Positions 38,310 through 51,025 of a stretch of DNA of 64,000 nucleotides are shown here, in pieces. The position numbers and the translations under genes were made by a program. How positions within the stretch are numbered: position 1 is the stretch's first letter; the number at the start of each line of letters is the position of its first letter. Source of the DNA: Macrostomum hystrix (Eukaryota; Animalia; Platyhelminthes); NCBI GenBank assembly GCA_950097015.1, contig CATNEN010000012.1:3224001-3288000 (forward strand), in the 5' to 3' direction. The notes under the pieces are model-generated. The model had not been told where the DNA came from, searched no databases, and saw only the letters and a list, made by a program, of their open reading frames with translations.

Positions 38310-41300
38310 ATGACTCAGAGACGCGGTGACCACAGACAGCATGCTAAGCGGCTGCTGCAACTGGAGTTTCCTGACACCAACGAGCGTATTCTGCGCGAGA
38401 CCCTCGAGGCGGTAAGTGGCGGAGTCGTATTAAAACTTCTCGTTTATTTATTTGTTTTTAAATCTGCTTTTCAAGAAGCAATAAATTTAAAAGTAAGATA
38501 GTCGAATGAAGAAATTTACCTCCGCAACTTATTTAAATATTTGATGCAAAACTGCCAGTCCGGAAATTCTGGGATCAAAGCTGGCACTGCCAGTCCGGAA
38601 ATTCTGGGATCAAAGCTGGCACTGCCAGTCTGGAAATTCTGGCATCATGGCTGGCACTGCCAGTCTGGAAATTCTGGGATCAAAGCTGGCGCTGAGCCAG
38701 TCTGGAAATTCTGGGATCAAAGCTGGCGCTGAGCCAGTCTGGAAATTCTGGGATCAAAGCTGCCAGACGTCATTCAGGGTCAACTTAGATCGACAATTTT
38801 TCCCTTACGAGAGGGAATGTGAGATTCAAATTTCGCTTCTAGCTTCGGTTCGTTTCAAATTTAGACAGTTCTAGTTAATACATTTTTCATGCTGAAGATT
38901 CATTTGTAAGCAGACATAATTAGGAAGTGCATCATGTTGGGTTTTGTACGCACAGTCAGGTGGGGCGGGAAGCAGGCAGGCAGGAAGGCTGAACTTGTCA
39001 AAGCCAGTTATTAGAAAGTTCTGCTTTAATTTCTCTTGACACACTTGGCTGGTATCTATCTATAAGGCCAGCTTCCGTAGAAAAAATTGTCTTTTAGCCT
39101 TGCCTCCTGCTAGCTGGGCTATAGTTGTGTAGTTTTATATTTAATGTGCTAAAATTTTTCACCGTGCAGAGCTGTGCGCATTTATATTTGATCTGCGCTA
39201 ATATAATTAAGCCAAATATAGTAACTAAGTCATACTTCAGTTGGCAATAGTAGTATTAAGTATAGTATGTATGACTGTAATGTTTTCTGACCCAGCAGCT
39301 ACTGTAGCTAGAATCGCAGCAGAAACTGGAGCTGTAGCTAGAATCGCAGCAGGAGCTGTAGCTAGAATCGCAGCAGAAACTGGAGCTGTAGCTAGAATCG
39401 CAGCAGGAGCTGTAGCTAGAATCGCAGCAGGAGATGTAGCTAGAATCGCAGCAGGAGCTGTAGCTAGAATCGCAGCAAGAGCTGTAGCTAGAATCGGAGC
39501 AGGAGCTGTAGCTTGAATCGCAGCAGACACTGAAGCTGTAGCTAGAATCGCAGCATCTAGAATCTCAGCATGAGCTGTAGCTAGAATCGCAGCAGCTAGA
39601 ATCGCAGCAGGAGCTGTAGCTGGAATCGCAGCAAGAGCTGTATTAGAATCACTGCAAGAGCTGTATTAGAATCTCAGCATGAGCTGTAGCTAGAATCGCA
39701 GCAGCTAGAATCGCAGCAGGAGCTGTAGCTGGAATCGCAGCAAGAGCTGTATTAGAATCGCAGCAGAAGCTGTATTAGAATCGCAGCAGGAGCTGTATTA
39801 GAATCGCAGCAGGAGCTGTATTAGAATCGCAGCAGGAGCTGTATTAGAATCGCAGCAAGAGCTGTATTAGAATCGCAGCAGGAGCTGTATTAGAATCGCA
39901 GCAGGAGCTGTATTAGAATCGCAGCAAGAGCTGTATTAGAATCGCAGCAGGAGCTGTATTAGAATCGCAGCAGGAGCTGTATTAGAATCGCAGCAAGAGC
40001 TGTATTAGAATCGCAGCAGGAGCTGTATTAGAATCGCAGCAGGAGCTGTAGCTAGAATCGCTGCAAGAGCTGTATTAGAATCGCAGCATGAGCTGTATTA
40101 GAATCGCAGCAAGAGCTGTATTAGAATCGCAGCAAGAGCTGTATTAGAATCGCTGCAAGAGCTGTATTAGAATCGCTGCAAGAGCTGTATTAGAATCGCT
40201 GCAAGAGCTGTAGCTAATATCGCAGCAAGAGCTGTAGCTGGAATCGCAGCAGGAGCTGTATTAGAATTGCAGCAAGAGCTGTAGCTGGAATCGCAGCAGG
40301 AGCTGTATTAGAATCGCAGCAAGAGCTGTATTAGAATCGCAGCAAGAGCTGTATTAGAATCGCAGCAAGAGCTGTAGCTAGAATCGCAGCATGAGCTGTA
40401 TTAGAATCGCAGCAGGAGCTGTATTAGAATCGCAGCAAGAGCTGTATTAGAATCGCAGCATGAGCTGTATTAGAATCGCAGCAGGAGCTGTATTAGAATC
40501 GCAGCAAGAGCTGTATTAGAATCGCAGCATGAGCTGTATTAGAATCGCAGCAAGAGCTGTATTAGAATCGCAGCAGGAGCTGTATTAGAATCGCAGCAAG
40601 AGCTGTATTAGAATCGCAGCAAGAGCTGTATTAGAATCGCAGCAAGAGCTGTATTAGAATCGCAGCAGGAGCTGTATTAGAATCGCAGCAGGAGCTGTAT
40701 TAGAATCGCAGCATGAGCTGTATTAGAATCGCAGCAGGAGCTGTATTAGAATCGCAGCAGGAGCTGTATTAGAATCGCAGCAGGAGCTGTATTAGAATCG
40801 CAGCAGGAGCTGTATTAGAATCGCAGCAAGAGCTGTATTAGAATCGCAGCAGGAGCTGTATTAAAATCGCAGCAGGAGCTGTAGCTAGAATCGCTGCAAG
40901 AGCTGTATTAGAATCGCAGCATGAGCTGTATTAGAATCGCAGCAAGAGCTGTATTAGAATCGCAGCAGGAGCTGTATTAGAATCGCAGCAGGAGCTGTAT
41001 TAGAATCGCTGCAAGAGCTGTATTAGAATCGCAGCATGAGCTGTATTAGAATCGCAGCAAGAGCTGTATTAGAATCGCAGCAAGAGCTGTATTAGAATCG
41101 CTGCAAGAGCTGTATTAGAATCGCTGCAAGAGCTGTATTAGAATCGCTGCAAGAGCTGTATTAGAATCGCAGCATGAGCTGTATTAGAATAGCAGCAAGA
41201 GCTGTATTAGAATCGCAGCAAGAGCTGTATTAGAATCGCTGCAAGAGCTGTATTAGAATCGCTGCAAGAGCTGTATTAGAATCGCTGCAAGAGCTGTATT

Positions 41301-44145
41301 AGAATCGCAGCATGAGCTGTATTAGAATCGCAGCAAGAGCTGTATTAGAATCGCAGCAGGAGCTGTATTAGAATCGCAGCAAGAGCTGTATTAGAATCGC
41401 TGCAAGAGCTGTATTAGAATCGCAGCATGAGCTGTATTAGAATAGCAGCAAGAGCTGTATTAGAATCGCAGCAAGAGCTGTATTAGAATCGCTGCAAGAG
41501 CTGTATTAGAATCGCTGCAAGAGCTGTATTAGAATCGCTGCAAGAGCTGTATTAGAATCGCAGCATGAGCTGTATTAGAATAGCAGCAAGAGCTGTATTA
41601 GAATCGCAGCAAGAGCTGTATTAGAATCGCTGCAAGAGCTGTATTAGAATCGCTGCAAGAGCTGTATTAGAATCGCTGCAAGAGCTGTAGCTAATATCGC
41701 AGCAAGAGCTGTAGCTGGAATCGCAGCAGGAGCTGTATTAGAATTGCAGCAAGAGCTGTAGCTGGAATCGCAGCAGGAGCTGTATTAGAATCGCAGCAAG
41801 AGCTGTATTAGAATCGCAGCAAGAGCTGTATTAGAATCGCAGCAAGAGCTGTAGCTAGAATCGCAGCATGAGCTGTATTAGAATCGCAGCAGGAGCTGTA
41901 TTAGAATCGCAGCAGGAGCTGTATTAGAATCGCAGCATGAGCTGTATTAGAATCGTAGCAAGAGCTGTGCTAGAATCGCAGCAGGAGCTGTGCTAGAATC
42001 GCAGCAGGAGCTGTATTAGAATCGCAGCAAGAGCTGTATTAGAATCGCAGCAAGAGCTGTGCTAGAATCGCAGCAGGAGCTGTATTAGAATCGCAGCAAG
42101 AGCTGTATTAGAATCGCAGCAAGAGCTGTATTAGAATCGCAGCAGGAGCTGTATTAGAATCGCAGCAAGAGCTGTATTAGAATCGCAGCAAGAGCTGTGC
42201 TAGAATCGCAGCAGGAGCTGTATTAGAATCGCAGCAAGAGCTGTATTAGAATCGCAGCAAGAGCTGTGCTAGAATCGCAGCAGGAGCTGTAGCTAGATTT
42301 ATTCTATAATATACATGCTCCTGTAATTGCAGCACGACTTCTCCCTGAGTGAATGCCGAGAGTCGCTGTCGCGGCTTCACGGCCTGAAAGACTCCAAAAA
42401 GCCGAAGCATCGCTTCAAATTTCGCTGGCCAAAAATTGGCGGCGGCGGCGGCGGCGGCTACGGAGGCGAGGTCCGTCGGAGCAGTTTGCTTTGTCCGCCA
42501 CCGGCCATAGCGGTCCCACTGAACAATGGCGCTAGCCGGAGCGTTCTCAGCGGATTCGGCGCCTGCGTCGGCGGCGACGGTGTCGGCATTGAGCAAAAGT
42601 CGGACATGGATTACCATTGTAAGATGTGATTGCTTAGCTCATTGCCATAGCTCATTGCCATAGCTCATTGCCATAGCTCATTGCCATCTCGCTCATTGCC
42701 ATAGCTCATTGCCATAGCTCATTGCCATCGCTCATTGCCATAGCTCATTGCCATAGCTCATTGCCATAGCTCATTGCCATAGCTCATTGCCATAGCTCAT
42801 TGCCATAGCTCATTGCCATAGCTCATTGCCATAGCTCATTGCCATAGCTCATTGCCATCGCTCATTGCCATAGCTCATTGCCATAGCTCATTGCCATAGC
42901 TCATTGCCATAGCTCATTGCCATAGCTCATTGCCATCGCTCATTGCCATCGCTCATTGCCATAGCTCATTGCCATCGCTCATTGCCATCGCTCATTGCCA
43001 TAGTTCATAGCTCTGAGACCGGGAAACCTGTATTGAAACCCGTGGCCCTCTTGACAGTGGCCGTCCAGCGTCAAAGCCTCGAGCGAGTGGCTACGGTCCG
43101 CACCAGCTCGGCGGGCAGCCTGACTCAAGCCCGGCGAGCCGTGAAGGATCGCCGCGAGCTGCTGCTGCTGCTGCTTGAGCATGGCGCTGAGAGTGGCGCC
43201 GCGCTATTTGAAGCTGCCAGGCAGACACTGCTCGGCGAATTTCGCCTCTTAAATCGCCAGTGGACGACGCAAAACTCTGGCCCGCAGCAGCATCAGCAGC
43301 AGCAGCTGGCTTTGGCAAGTCCGGCTGTTTCGCGGCGAAAACATAAATGCTGCAGCAATTCACACGGCGAGGCAAACGGTCCCTTGCAGCAGCAGCGGCA
43401 GCAGCAGCAGCAGATGTTCCGGCATCAGCGTGTATCGGCTTCTTTGTTTCCGATGGCTGCTGCTGGGGCACCAGGTGAGATGTGGCCACGAGACTGCTGC
43501 TTCATGTCATGTGGTTGTGTTTTTTTAGATTTTAAGCAGCAAGAATCATCTGAACTACAATGCCCGTTTCGAAACTAGACTGCTAGCATGAAAATGTGAT
43601 CCTTCTGTCTACCCCATAGCTAGAAAGGTCACGTGACGTATGTAAAACCCTTAGCTAGAAGAGTCACGTGATCTATGTGAAACCTTTAGCTAGAAGAGTC
43701 GCGTGATCTATGTGAAACCTTTAGCGGGAAGAGTCACATGATCTATGTGAAACCTTTAGCTAGAAGAGTCACGTGATCTATGTGAAACCTTTAGCTAGAA
43801 GAGTCACGTGATCTATGTGAAACCTTTAGCGGGAAGAGTCACGTGATTTATGTGAAACCTTTAGCGGGAAGAGTCACTTGGCCATTGTGAGACTCTCAGC
43901 TCATAATTTTTCAATCGCCACCCATTCCAGGTGTCGCCAAGCTGCCGCCGCCGCTGTACCGGCCGGCCTCCGTGCCTCAAGAGCCACCGCAGCCGCCCGC
44001 CAGGCCGTGGCAGTGCGAGCGATGCACTTTTGAGAATCATCCCGACATGGAGGAGTGCGAAATGTGCTCAGCCCTGCGACCGGGCACTCAGATGAGGCCC
44101 AGATCCGTCAGCATCTCCCTTGATCGGCCGCTGAGAAACAGCTAA
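38310..44145 (+). CDS. TAB2/TAB3-like adaptor (N-terminal CUE, C-terminal NZF zinc finger), ~357 aa
   Basis: Exons 38310-38411, 42333-42618, 43004-43474, 43931-44145, phase-compatible GT-AG. CUE LQLEFPDTNERILRETLEA|HDFSLSECRESL spans junction 1; NZF WQCERCTFENHPDMEECEMC. Start codon less certain. Confidence 0.85.
38550..38770. repeat. 35-bp repeat GCCAGTCTGGAAATTCTGGGATCAAAGCTGGCACT
   Basis: Direct reading. Confidence 0.9.
39290..42295. repeat. 23/24-bp minisatellite (GAGCTGTATTAGAATCGCAGCA) ~3 kb in TAB2-like intron 1
   Basis: Direct reading. Confidence 0.97.
42640..43003 (+). repeat. 13-bp array CTCATTGCCAT(A/C)G forming almost all of TAB2-like intron 2
   Basis: Direct reading. Confidence 0.96.
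43615..43880. repeat. 35-bp repeat with GTCACGTGAT core in TAB2-like intron 3
   Basis: Direct reading. Confidence 0.92.
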
Positions 44146-44243
44146 GGAACCTTTTTGGGGCCTGTTCCAGTTTTTTATGTTACCGCTGGCGCTTTCAATT
44201 TGTCAGTTATAGGATGGAATTTCTATTGACAGGAAAGACTTTG

Positions 44244-44640
44244 GTGTTTCAAATACCCACTGCCTACTTCACGATGGCTCCCAATCCGAGTGACGGATTT
44301 TCCTGAAAGTCCACCGTATGGATTAAAATTTTCCGTCCTTCACGATCAACCGTCCGACCTCAGCATCGTGGTGATTTTCAGCGGTTCTTATCGAAGACCA
44401 TTGTGAATCTCTTTGGGAAATCCATATTGGTTCAAAAGTGTAAAAATTAACAATATAATCAATACAATAGTCAACAATGCCGATGTTTTGTGATTCTGAA
44501 AGTTGTCTCATCGAATAGTGCGAAAAAAATAGTCTTTGTTCTGGATTTTCATGGCGATTGGTTGAATATTTTAGGAGATATGGAAAAGGGGAAATGTGGA
44601 TATCGTTTGACTGTTCCGAACCGCCCAAGCAGAATATTTT
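44244..44640. mobile_element. Copy of the GGTATTTCAAATACC MITE family downstream of the TAB2-like stop
   Basis: GGTGTTTCAAATACCCACTGCCTACTTCACGATGGCTCCC; internal part is the reverse complement of ~24290-24400. Confidence 0.7.
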
Positions 44641-45119
44641 TCATGGTTAAATTGAAACATCGCTTTAAAATTTATAAGTGAATTTTCTGGCGTTAAATCA
44701 AGCACAACTACTTTTGTGTGCCTTAACCATTTTTAATCGGCAAAGCCTTTTTTGTCTTCCATTGCCTACTGAACTGCAGTAGTGTCTTAGGTGTATTTTT
44801 ATCGAAACTTGCGAAATATTTTAACTTTTTGCACTGTTTTATTTGAATGTAAATAACCGAGCAGCTATTCTAAGAATGTTATTCTGCTGATAATTTTTAA
44901 TGAGGATATGCTCGCGTATTTTTCCAAGTACATTCTACTTCATTTTAAAAACAATCCATCCATGACACATCTCATTTTTAAGAAAATTTCTACTTCTAAC
45001 ACTAAGCTTGAATATATTTGTAACACTGCAGAGAAAATATATTGTTATACTTATTACACAAAAAAAGATATAATATGACTTTGATGTGTTAGCATATTTA
45101 TAATGCGCAGATATGATCT

Positions 45120-45700
45120 GACCAATGATTATCCTTTAGTGAGTAGGGTCACGTGATCAATGATTATCCTTTAGTGAGTAGGGTCACGTGATCAATGATT
45201 ATCCTTTAGTGAGTAGGGTCACGTGATCAATGATTATCCTTTAGTGAGTAGGGTCACGTGATCAATGATTATCCTTTAGTGAGTACGGTTACGTGATCAA
45301 TGATTATCCTTTAGTGAGTAGGGTCACGTGATCAATGATTATCCTTTAGTGAGTAGGGTCACGTGATCAATGATTATCCTTTAGTGAGTAGGGTCACGTG
45401 ATCAATGATTATCCTTTAGTGATTAGGGTCACGTGATCAATGATTATCCTTTAGTGAGTAGGGTCACGTGATCAATGATTATCCTTTAGTGAGTAGGGTT
45501 ACGTGATCAATGATTATCCTTTAGTGAGTAGGGTCACGTGATCAATGATTATCCTTTTATTAAGAAGGATCACGTGATCAGTGATTATCCTTTAGTGAGA
45601 AAAGTCACGTGTTCAATGATTATCCTTTAGTGAGAAAAGTCACGTGATCAATGATTATCCTTTAGTCGGAAGAGTCACCTGACCAATGATTATCCCTTAG
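45120..45700. repeat. 35-bp repeat TGATCAATGATTATCCTTTAGTGAGTAGGGTCACG
   Basis: Direct reading. Confidence 0.96.
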
Positions 45701-45980
45701 CTCATTTGCTAGCCACATGACCTTTAAATGCCCCTTAGCTCACTCATTTAGCTCAATATTGCACTCAAATGACCAATGTCATTTGGATGTGAACTGCCTG
45801 AATGTGAATTTGTCTAGGTAACGTATTTACCACAAGGTATTGTGTCTCCAATCTCTTTACTGACAGTAGCAAAGAAAGAAAAGAGAGTTTAATTTTGTTT
45901 GGACAAGTAAGTATTTGATTTTGAAAATGATACATGAAAGTGCATAAAGCCGGCACACTCCAACATCCATTCTCTAAAAG

Positions 45981-46424
45981 GCCGACCTGGTGACGCATCA
46001 CGGCGGGTGTCACTGCGGCGCGGTGACCTTCACTGTTCTCGCCCCAGCGGTGATCAAGGCCATCAAATGCTCCTGCTCCATCTGCAGCATGAAGGGCAAT
46101 GATCACTTCATCGTGCCAGCTAGCCAATTCACGCTGCTGACAGGCGCAAACTGCCTGACAACCTACACCTTCAACACGCACGCCGCCAAACACACTTTCT
46201 GCTCCAGGTGCGGAGTGCAAAGCTTCTATACTCCGCGCTCAAACCCTGATGGTTATGGAATCAACGTTCACTGCCTGAAGCCGGGCTCCGTCAGCCAGGT
46301 GGTCTGGGAGAACTTCAACGGGCGAGACTGGGAGCAGACAATGTCCCAATACGGAGAGGAACTCGCCAAGAGGTCAAAGATTGCCAGCGACCAACTTCCA
46401 TCAAATGAGAACTGCACCTACTAA
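45981..46424 (+). CDS. CENP-V / GFA-family zinc-binding protein; ATG absent from this exon
   Basis: HHGGCHCGAV, CSCSIC, HTFCSRCGVQSFYTPRSNPDGYGINVHCL; the open frame starts after the acceptor TCTCTAAAAG with an in-frame TAA at 45975. Confidence 0.92.
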   Translation, partial: ADLVTHHGGCHCGAVTFTVLAPAVIKAIKCSCSICSMKGNDHFIVPASQFTLLTGANCLTTYTFNTHAAKHTFCSRCGVQSFYTPRSNPDGYGINVHCLKPGSVSQVVWENFNGRDWEQTMSQYGEELAKRSKIASDQLPSNENCTY

Positions 46425-46429
46425 CCCCT

Positions 46430-47185
46430 AATAGACATCCGCCCCCATTTGACATCCATCCGCCCCCTATTTGACATCCATCAGCCCCCTAATTGACATC
46501 CATCAGCCCCCTATTTGACATCCATCCGCCCCCTATTTGACATCCATCCGCCCCCTATTTGACATCCCTCCAATTAGACATCCGCCCACAATTAGACATC
46601 CATCCGCCCCCAAAAAGACATCCGCCCCCAATAAGATATCCGCCCCCAATAAGACATCCGCCACCAATAAGAGATCGAACCCCATAAGACGTCCATCCGC
46701 CCCCCCCCAATAGACATCCGCCCCCAATAAGACATCCATCCGCCCCCTAATAGACCTCCGACCTCAATCAGACACCAACAAATCCTATTAGACATCCGCC
46801 CCCTAATAGACCTCCGACCCCAATCAGACACCAACAATTACCTATTAGACATCCGCCCCCTAATAGACCTCCGACCCCAATCAGACACCAACAAATCCTA
46901 TTAGACATCCGCCCCCTAATAGACCTCCGACCCCAATCAGACACCAACAAATACCTATTAGACATCCGCCCCCTAATAGACATCCGACCCCAATCAGACA
47001 CCAACAAATACCTAATAGACATCCGCCCCCTAATAGACCTCCCACCCCAATCAAACACCAACAAATACCTATTAGACATCCGCCCCCTAATAGACCTCCC
47101 ACCCCAATCAGACACCAACAAATACCTAATAGACATCCGCCCCCTAATTGACCTCCGACCCCAATCAGACACCAACAAATATGTT
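46430..47185. repeat. C-rich GACATCCGCCCC composite repeats
   Basis: Direct reading. Confidence 0.92.
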
Positions 47186-47469
47186 AGGTTAGACATAGGT
47201 TATACATCCGCCCCTTAGACTTTTTAAGTACTTTTAGAACTGCTTAGAGAATTTTTGAAGAGATCATTCACTGTTCGTTATGAGTGAAATGGTTTATAAT
47301 TATTATTAATTTTACACTAAACAGTGTGGATGCAATTTGATTCTTATTTGGAAAATATAAGTTGTAATTTTCTAGGTTCTTGTCATTTAATTTTTCTGAA
47401 CTTTGTGTCAGCAAGATAATATGCAGCTGAAAGTCTTCAAGAATCTTTATTGAACATATCTGGAACTAA

Positions 47470-47900
47470 CCCATATCTAACATCCATATCTAACACCCAT
47501 ATCTAACATCCACATCTAGCATCCATATCTAACATCCATATCTAACATCCATATCTAACATCCATATCTAACATCCATATCTAACATCCATATCTAACAT
47601 CCACATCTAGCATCCATATCTAAAATCCATATCTAACATCCATATCTAACATCCATATCTAACATCCATATCTAACATCCATATCTAACACCCAGATCTA
47701 ACATCCATATCTAACATCCATATCTAACATCCATATCTAACACCCAGATCTAACATCCATATCTAACATCCATATCTAACATCCATATCCAGCATATTAT
47801 CTAACATCCATATCTAACATCCAAATCTAACATTCATATCTAACATCCATATCTAACATCCATATCTAGCATCCATATCTAACATCCATATCTAGCATCA
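47470..47900. repeat. 13-bp CATCCATATCTAA array
   Basis: Direct reading. Confidence 0.95.
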
Positions 47901-48289
47901 ATAACATCAAGCTAGTCAACTAAGGCTGGGTGGCGATGCTGAGCAGTTTCCACGGAGATTAATCTTGGCAATATTATCATTCGTACTACTGAACTGAGTA
48001 GCTAAAACGGTCATTAATTTAAATTAGAATTCGAGCGCATTTGAGTCCGCACAAACAACTCTTGGTCTATGCGGGCTGCGCTGTGTGAAAAGTAGTCTAT
48101 GGCCGAGCTGGGGCAAAAGCACTAGGCTAGCTTATTGTAGTCTATCAAGGAAGCCAAGGAAGTCACTTGGCCCACATCCGAAGAATTTAATGAAGCATGC
48201 CGCGCAGCGCCTCCTCCCAGACCTTGCCAGTCGATTTGCAGTCGTGCAAGCACAGCTACCAGCGTGAACTGCTGCTGCTCTATCCCAGC

Positions 48290-48685
48290 ATGTCAATGTA
48301 CGGCCCAATTCCAGGAAACATCACTCAGATCTCGCGGGCTGAGAATCGCCGAGGTGTATCGGTAAAGTTCACCTGCGATCCAAAGATTGTCGAATTCCTG
48401 AAAAGCGTGGCCAGGATGCAGGCCCAGTTCAACGACCCCGTGTTCTTCGAATTGAAAATCCTTCGCCGGGTGAGTCAGCCGGGACAATCGGCCAAGCTGA
48501 ACATCTACACTGGCCGGGCGAATCTGGCCAGCCAGATAGACAGCGAACGCGACAACTTTGGCCGCGAATTGCAGATCAGCATGGACATGGACGAGCGCAT
48601 TTCCTCCGCCTGTGATTTCGAGCTCGCAGGGCAACAGTTCTTCAGCCTGACAGCCAGGAAGATTGAGGCCTATTATTCCACGTGA
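48290..48685 (+). CDS. Intronless hypothetical protein (~131 aa), no recognised domain
   Basis: Non-repetitive GC3-rich ORF like the other exons; CCCAG acceptor 1 nt before ATG. Confidence 0.6.
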   Translation: MSMYGPIPGNITQISRAENRRGVSVKFTCDPKIVEFLKSVARMQAQFNDPVFFELKILRRVSQPGQSAKLNIYTGRANLASQIDSERDNFGRELQISMDMDERISSACDFELAGQQFFSLTARKIEAYYST

Positions 48686-48969
48686 CAACAACCGCGGCTT
48701 TGTTTGTTGTTGAGGTGCATACTTGCCGTGGGTTGAGAGTTTTCTGTTCTGACTCTAGTTTTTGTCAATTGGTATATTGGCTGAAGGCAGTGGGACAAAC
48801 CGCTTTCACCTACAAATGCATTGGAGATCTACAGTGCTGCGAATTGAAGTTTACTGCCTTTTGGTTCTGTTCAACAATTAAAGCTTTGAAAAGTTTTCAT
48901 GACTAGATGATCTAGAAATCACTGCTATTTCTAATTTTTCCAACATCTAGCAAATGTGTCTAAAATTAT

Positions 48970-50305
48970 TGTCAAACAACAGTGTCTAACAACAGTGTCT
49001 AAAATCAGTGTCTAACATCAGTCTAACAGCAGTGTCTAACACCAGTGTCTAACATTAATTTCTAACATTAGTGTCTAAAATCAGTGTCTAACAGCTGTCT
49101 AACAGCTGTGTCTAACATCAGTGTCTAACAGCTGTGTCTAACATCAGTCTAACAGCAGTGTCTAACACCAGTGTCTAACATTAATTTCTAACATTAGTGT
49201 CTAAAATCAGTGTCTAACAGCTGTCTAACAGCTGTGTCTAACATCAGTGTCCAACAGCTGTCTAACAGCTGTGTCTAACATCAGTGTCTAACAGCTGTGT
49301 CTAACATCAGTGTCTAACATAAATTTCTAAAATTAGTGTCTAAAATCAGTGTCTAACAGCTGTGTCTAACATTAGTGTCTAAAATCAGTGTCTAACAGCT
49401 GTGTCTAACATCAGTGTCTAACAGCTGTGTCTAACAGCAGTGTCTAACATCAGTGTCTAACAGCTGTGTCTAACATCAGTCTAACAGCAGTGTCTAACAG
49501 CAGTGTCTAAAATCAGTGTCTAACAGCTGTCTAACAGCTGTGTCTAACACCAGTGTCTAACATTAATTTCTAACAGCAGTGTCTAACATCAGTGTCTAAC
49601 AGCAGTGTCTAACGTCAGTGTCTAACAGCAGTGTCTAACATCAGTGTCTAACATCAGTGTCTAACAACAGTGTCTAATATTAGTGTCTAATATTAATCTA
49701 ACACCAGTGCCTAACATTAATTTCTAACATTAGTGTCTAAAATCAGTGTCTAACAGCTGTCTAACAGCTGTGTCTAACACCAGTGTCTAACATTAATTTC
49801 TAACATTAGTGTCTAAAATCAGTGTCTAACAGCTGTCTAACAGCTGTGTCTAACACCAGTCTAACAGCTGTGTCTAACACCAGTGTCTAAAATCAGTGTC
49901 TAACAGCAGTGTCTAACATCTGTGTCTAACAGCAGTGTCTAACATTAATTTCTAACATCAGTGTCTAACAGCTGTGTCTAACATCAGTCTAACAGCAGTG
50001 TCTAACATCAGTGTCTAACAGCAGTGTCTAACATCAGTGTCTAACAGCAGTGTCTAACATCAGTGTCTAACAGCAGTGTCTAACAGCAGTGTCAAACAGC
50101 AGTGTCAAACATCAGTGTCTAACAGCAGTGTCTAACATCAGTGTCTAACAGCAGTGTCTAACAGCAGTGTCTAACATCAGTGTCTAACAGCAGTGTCTAA
50201 CATCAGTCTAACAGCAGTGTCTAACATCAGTGTCTAACAGCAGTGTCTAACATCAGTGTCTAACAGCAGTGTCTAACATCAGTGTCTAACAGCAGTGTCA
50301 GTGAC
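48970..50305. repeat. ~13-bp CAGTGTCTAACA(G/T) array
   Basis: Direct reading. Confidence 0.95.
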
Positions 50306-51025
50306 AGCAGTATGTGAGATCTAATACGAGTATGCTGATTTTTAGATTTCTTCACCCTAAAAAGACAATAGAACAATAGAAAAATTAGCAGTATGCATCT
50401 TAAGTATACAAATGAATTGTTAGTTTCTTAGCCTTTTATTGTCGATTGTGCATTTTATTGTGAATTTGTAACAATTCATTTCACCATACTAAATTGCATA
50501 CACACCTCAATAGAATGACGAGTCAGTAGTAATAACTGAGCCTTGCAAAAAATGAGAAATATTGAAAACAAACGATAAATAAGTTTGAACAGGGCATAGT
50601 CCAGTCTGCGTAGAAAAATATGAAGAATTAGTTAGTTCAAAGTTTCTAAGAGACACCTGAATACGAGTTAAGAGAAATAAAAATGCTAACAAGATGTTAC
50701 AAATCCCAGTCTGGTCTATAATCTAAGCTTTAGCTGGCAGGTAAAACCGTTTGGCACTTTAGACCAATGACACCACTGACAGACATGGAGGTAATTTTAC
50801 TGTACTTGACTGCATCAGCTCTTCTGACACTATTGCAAATTGTGCTGTAAATATTAAAATAACTAGCCGAATCTTTTCTACATGCCATGTCAACTATGGC
50901 TTTGTTTAGTAGACAATTCGAAGAGGTCCAGTTCCCACGTTGTCAATCAGACAGTCCTTTTTATCTACAGTGTCGCTTGACACATTGCTGCTGATTGTCA
51001 GTCAGTGTCGGCGTCATTTAAAGAT

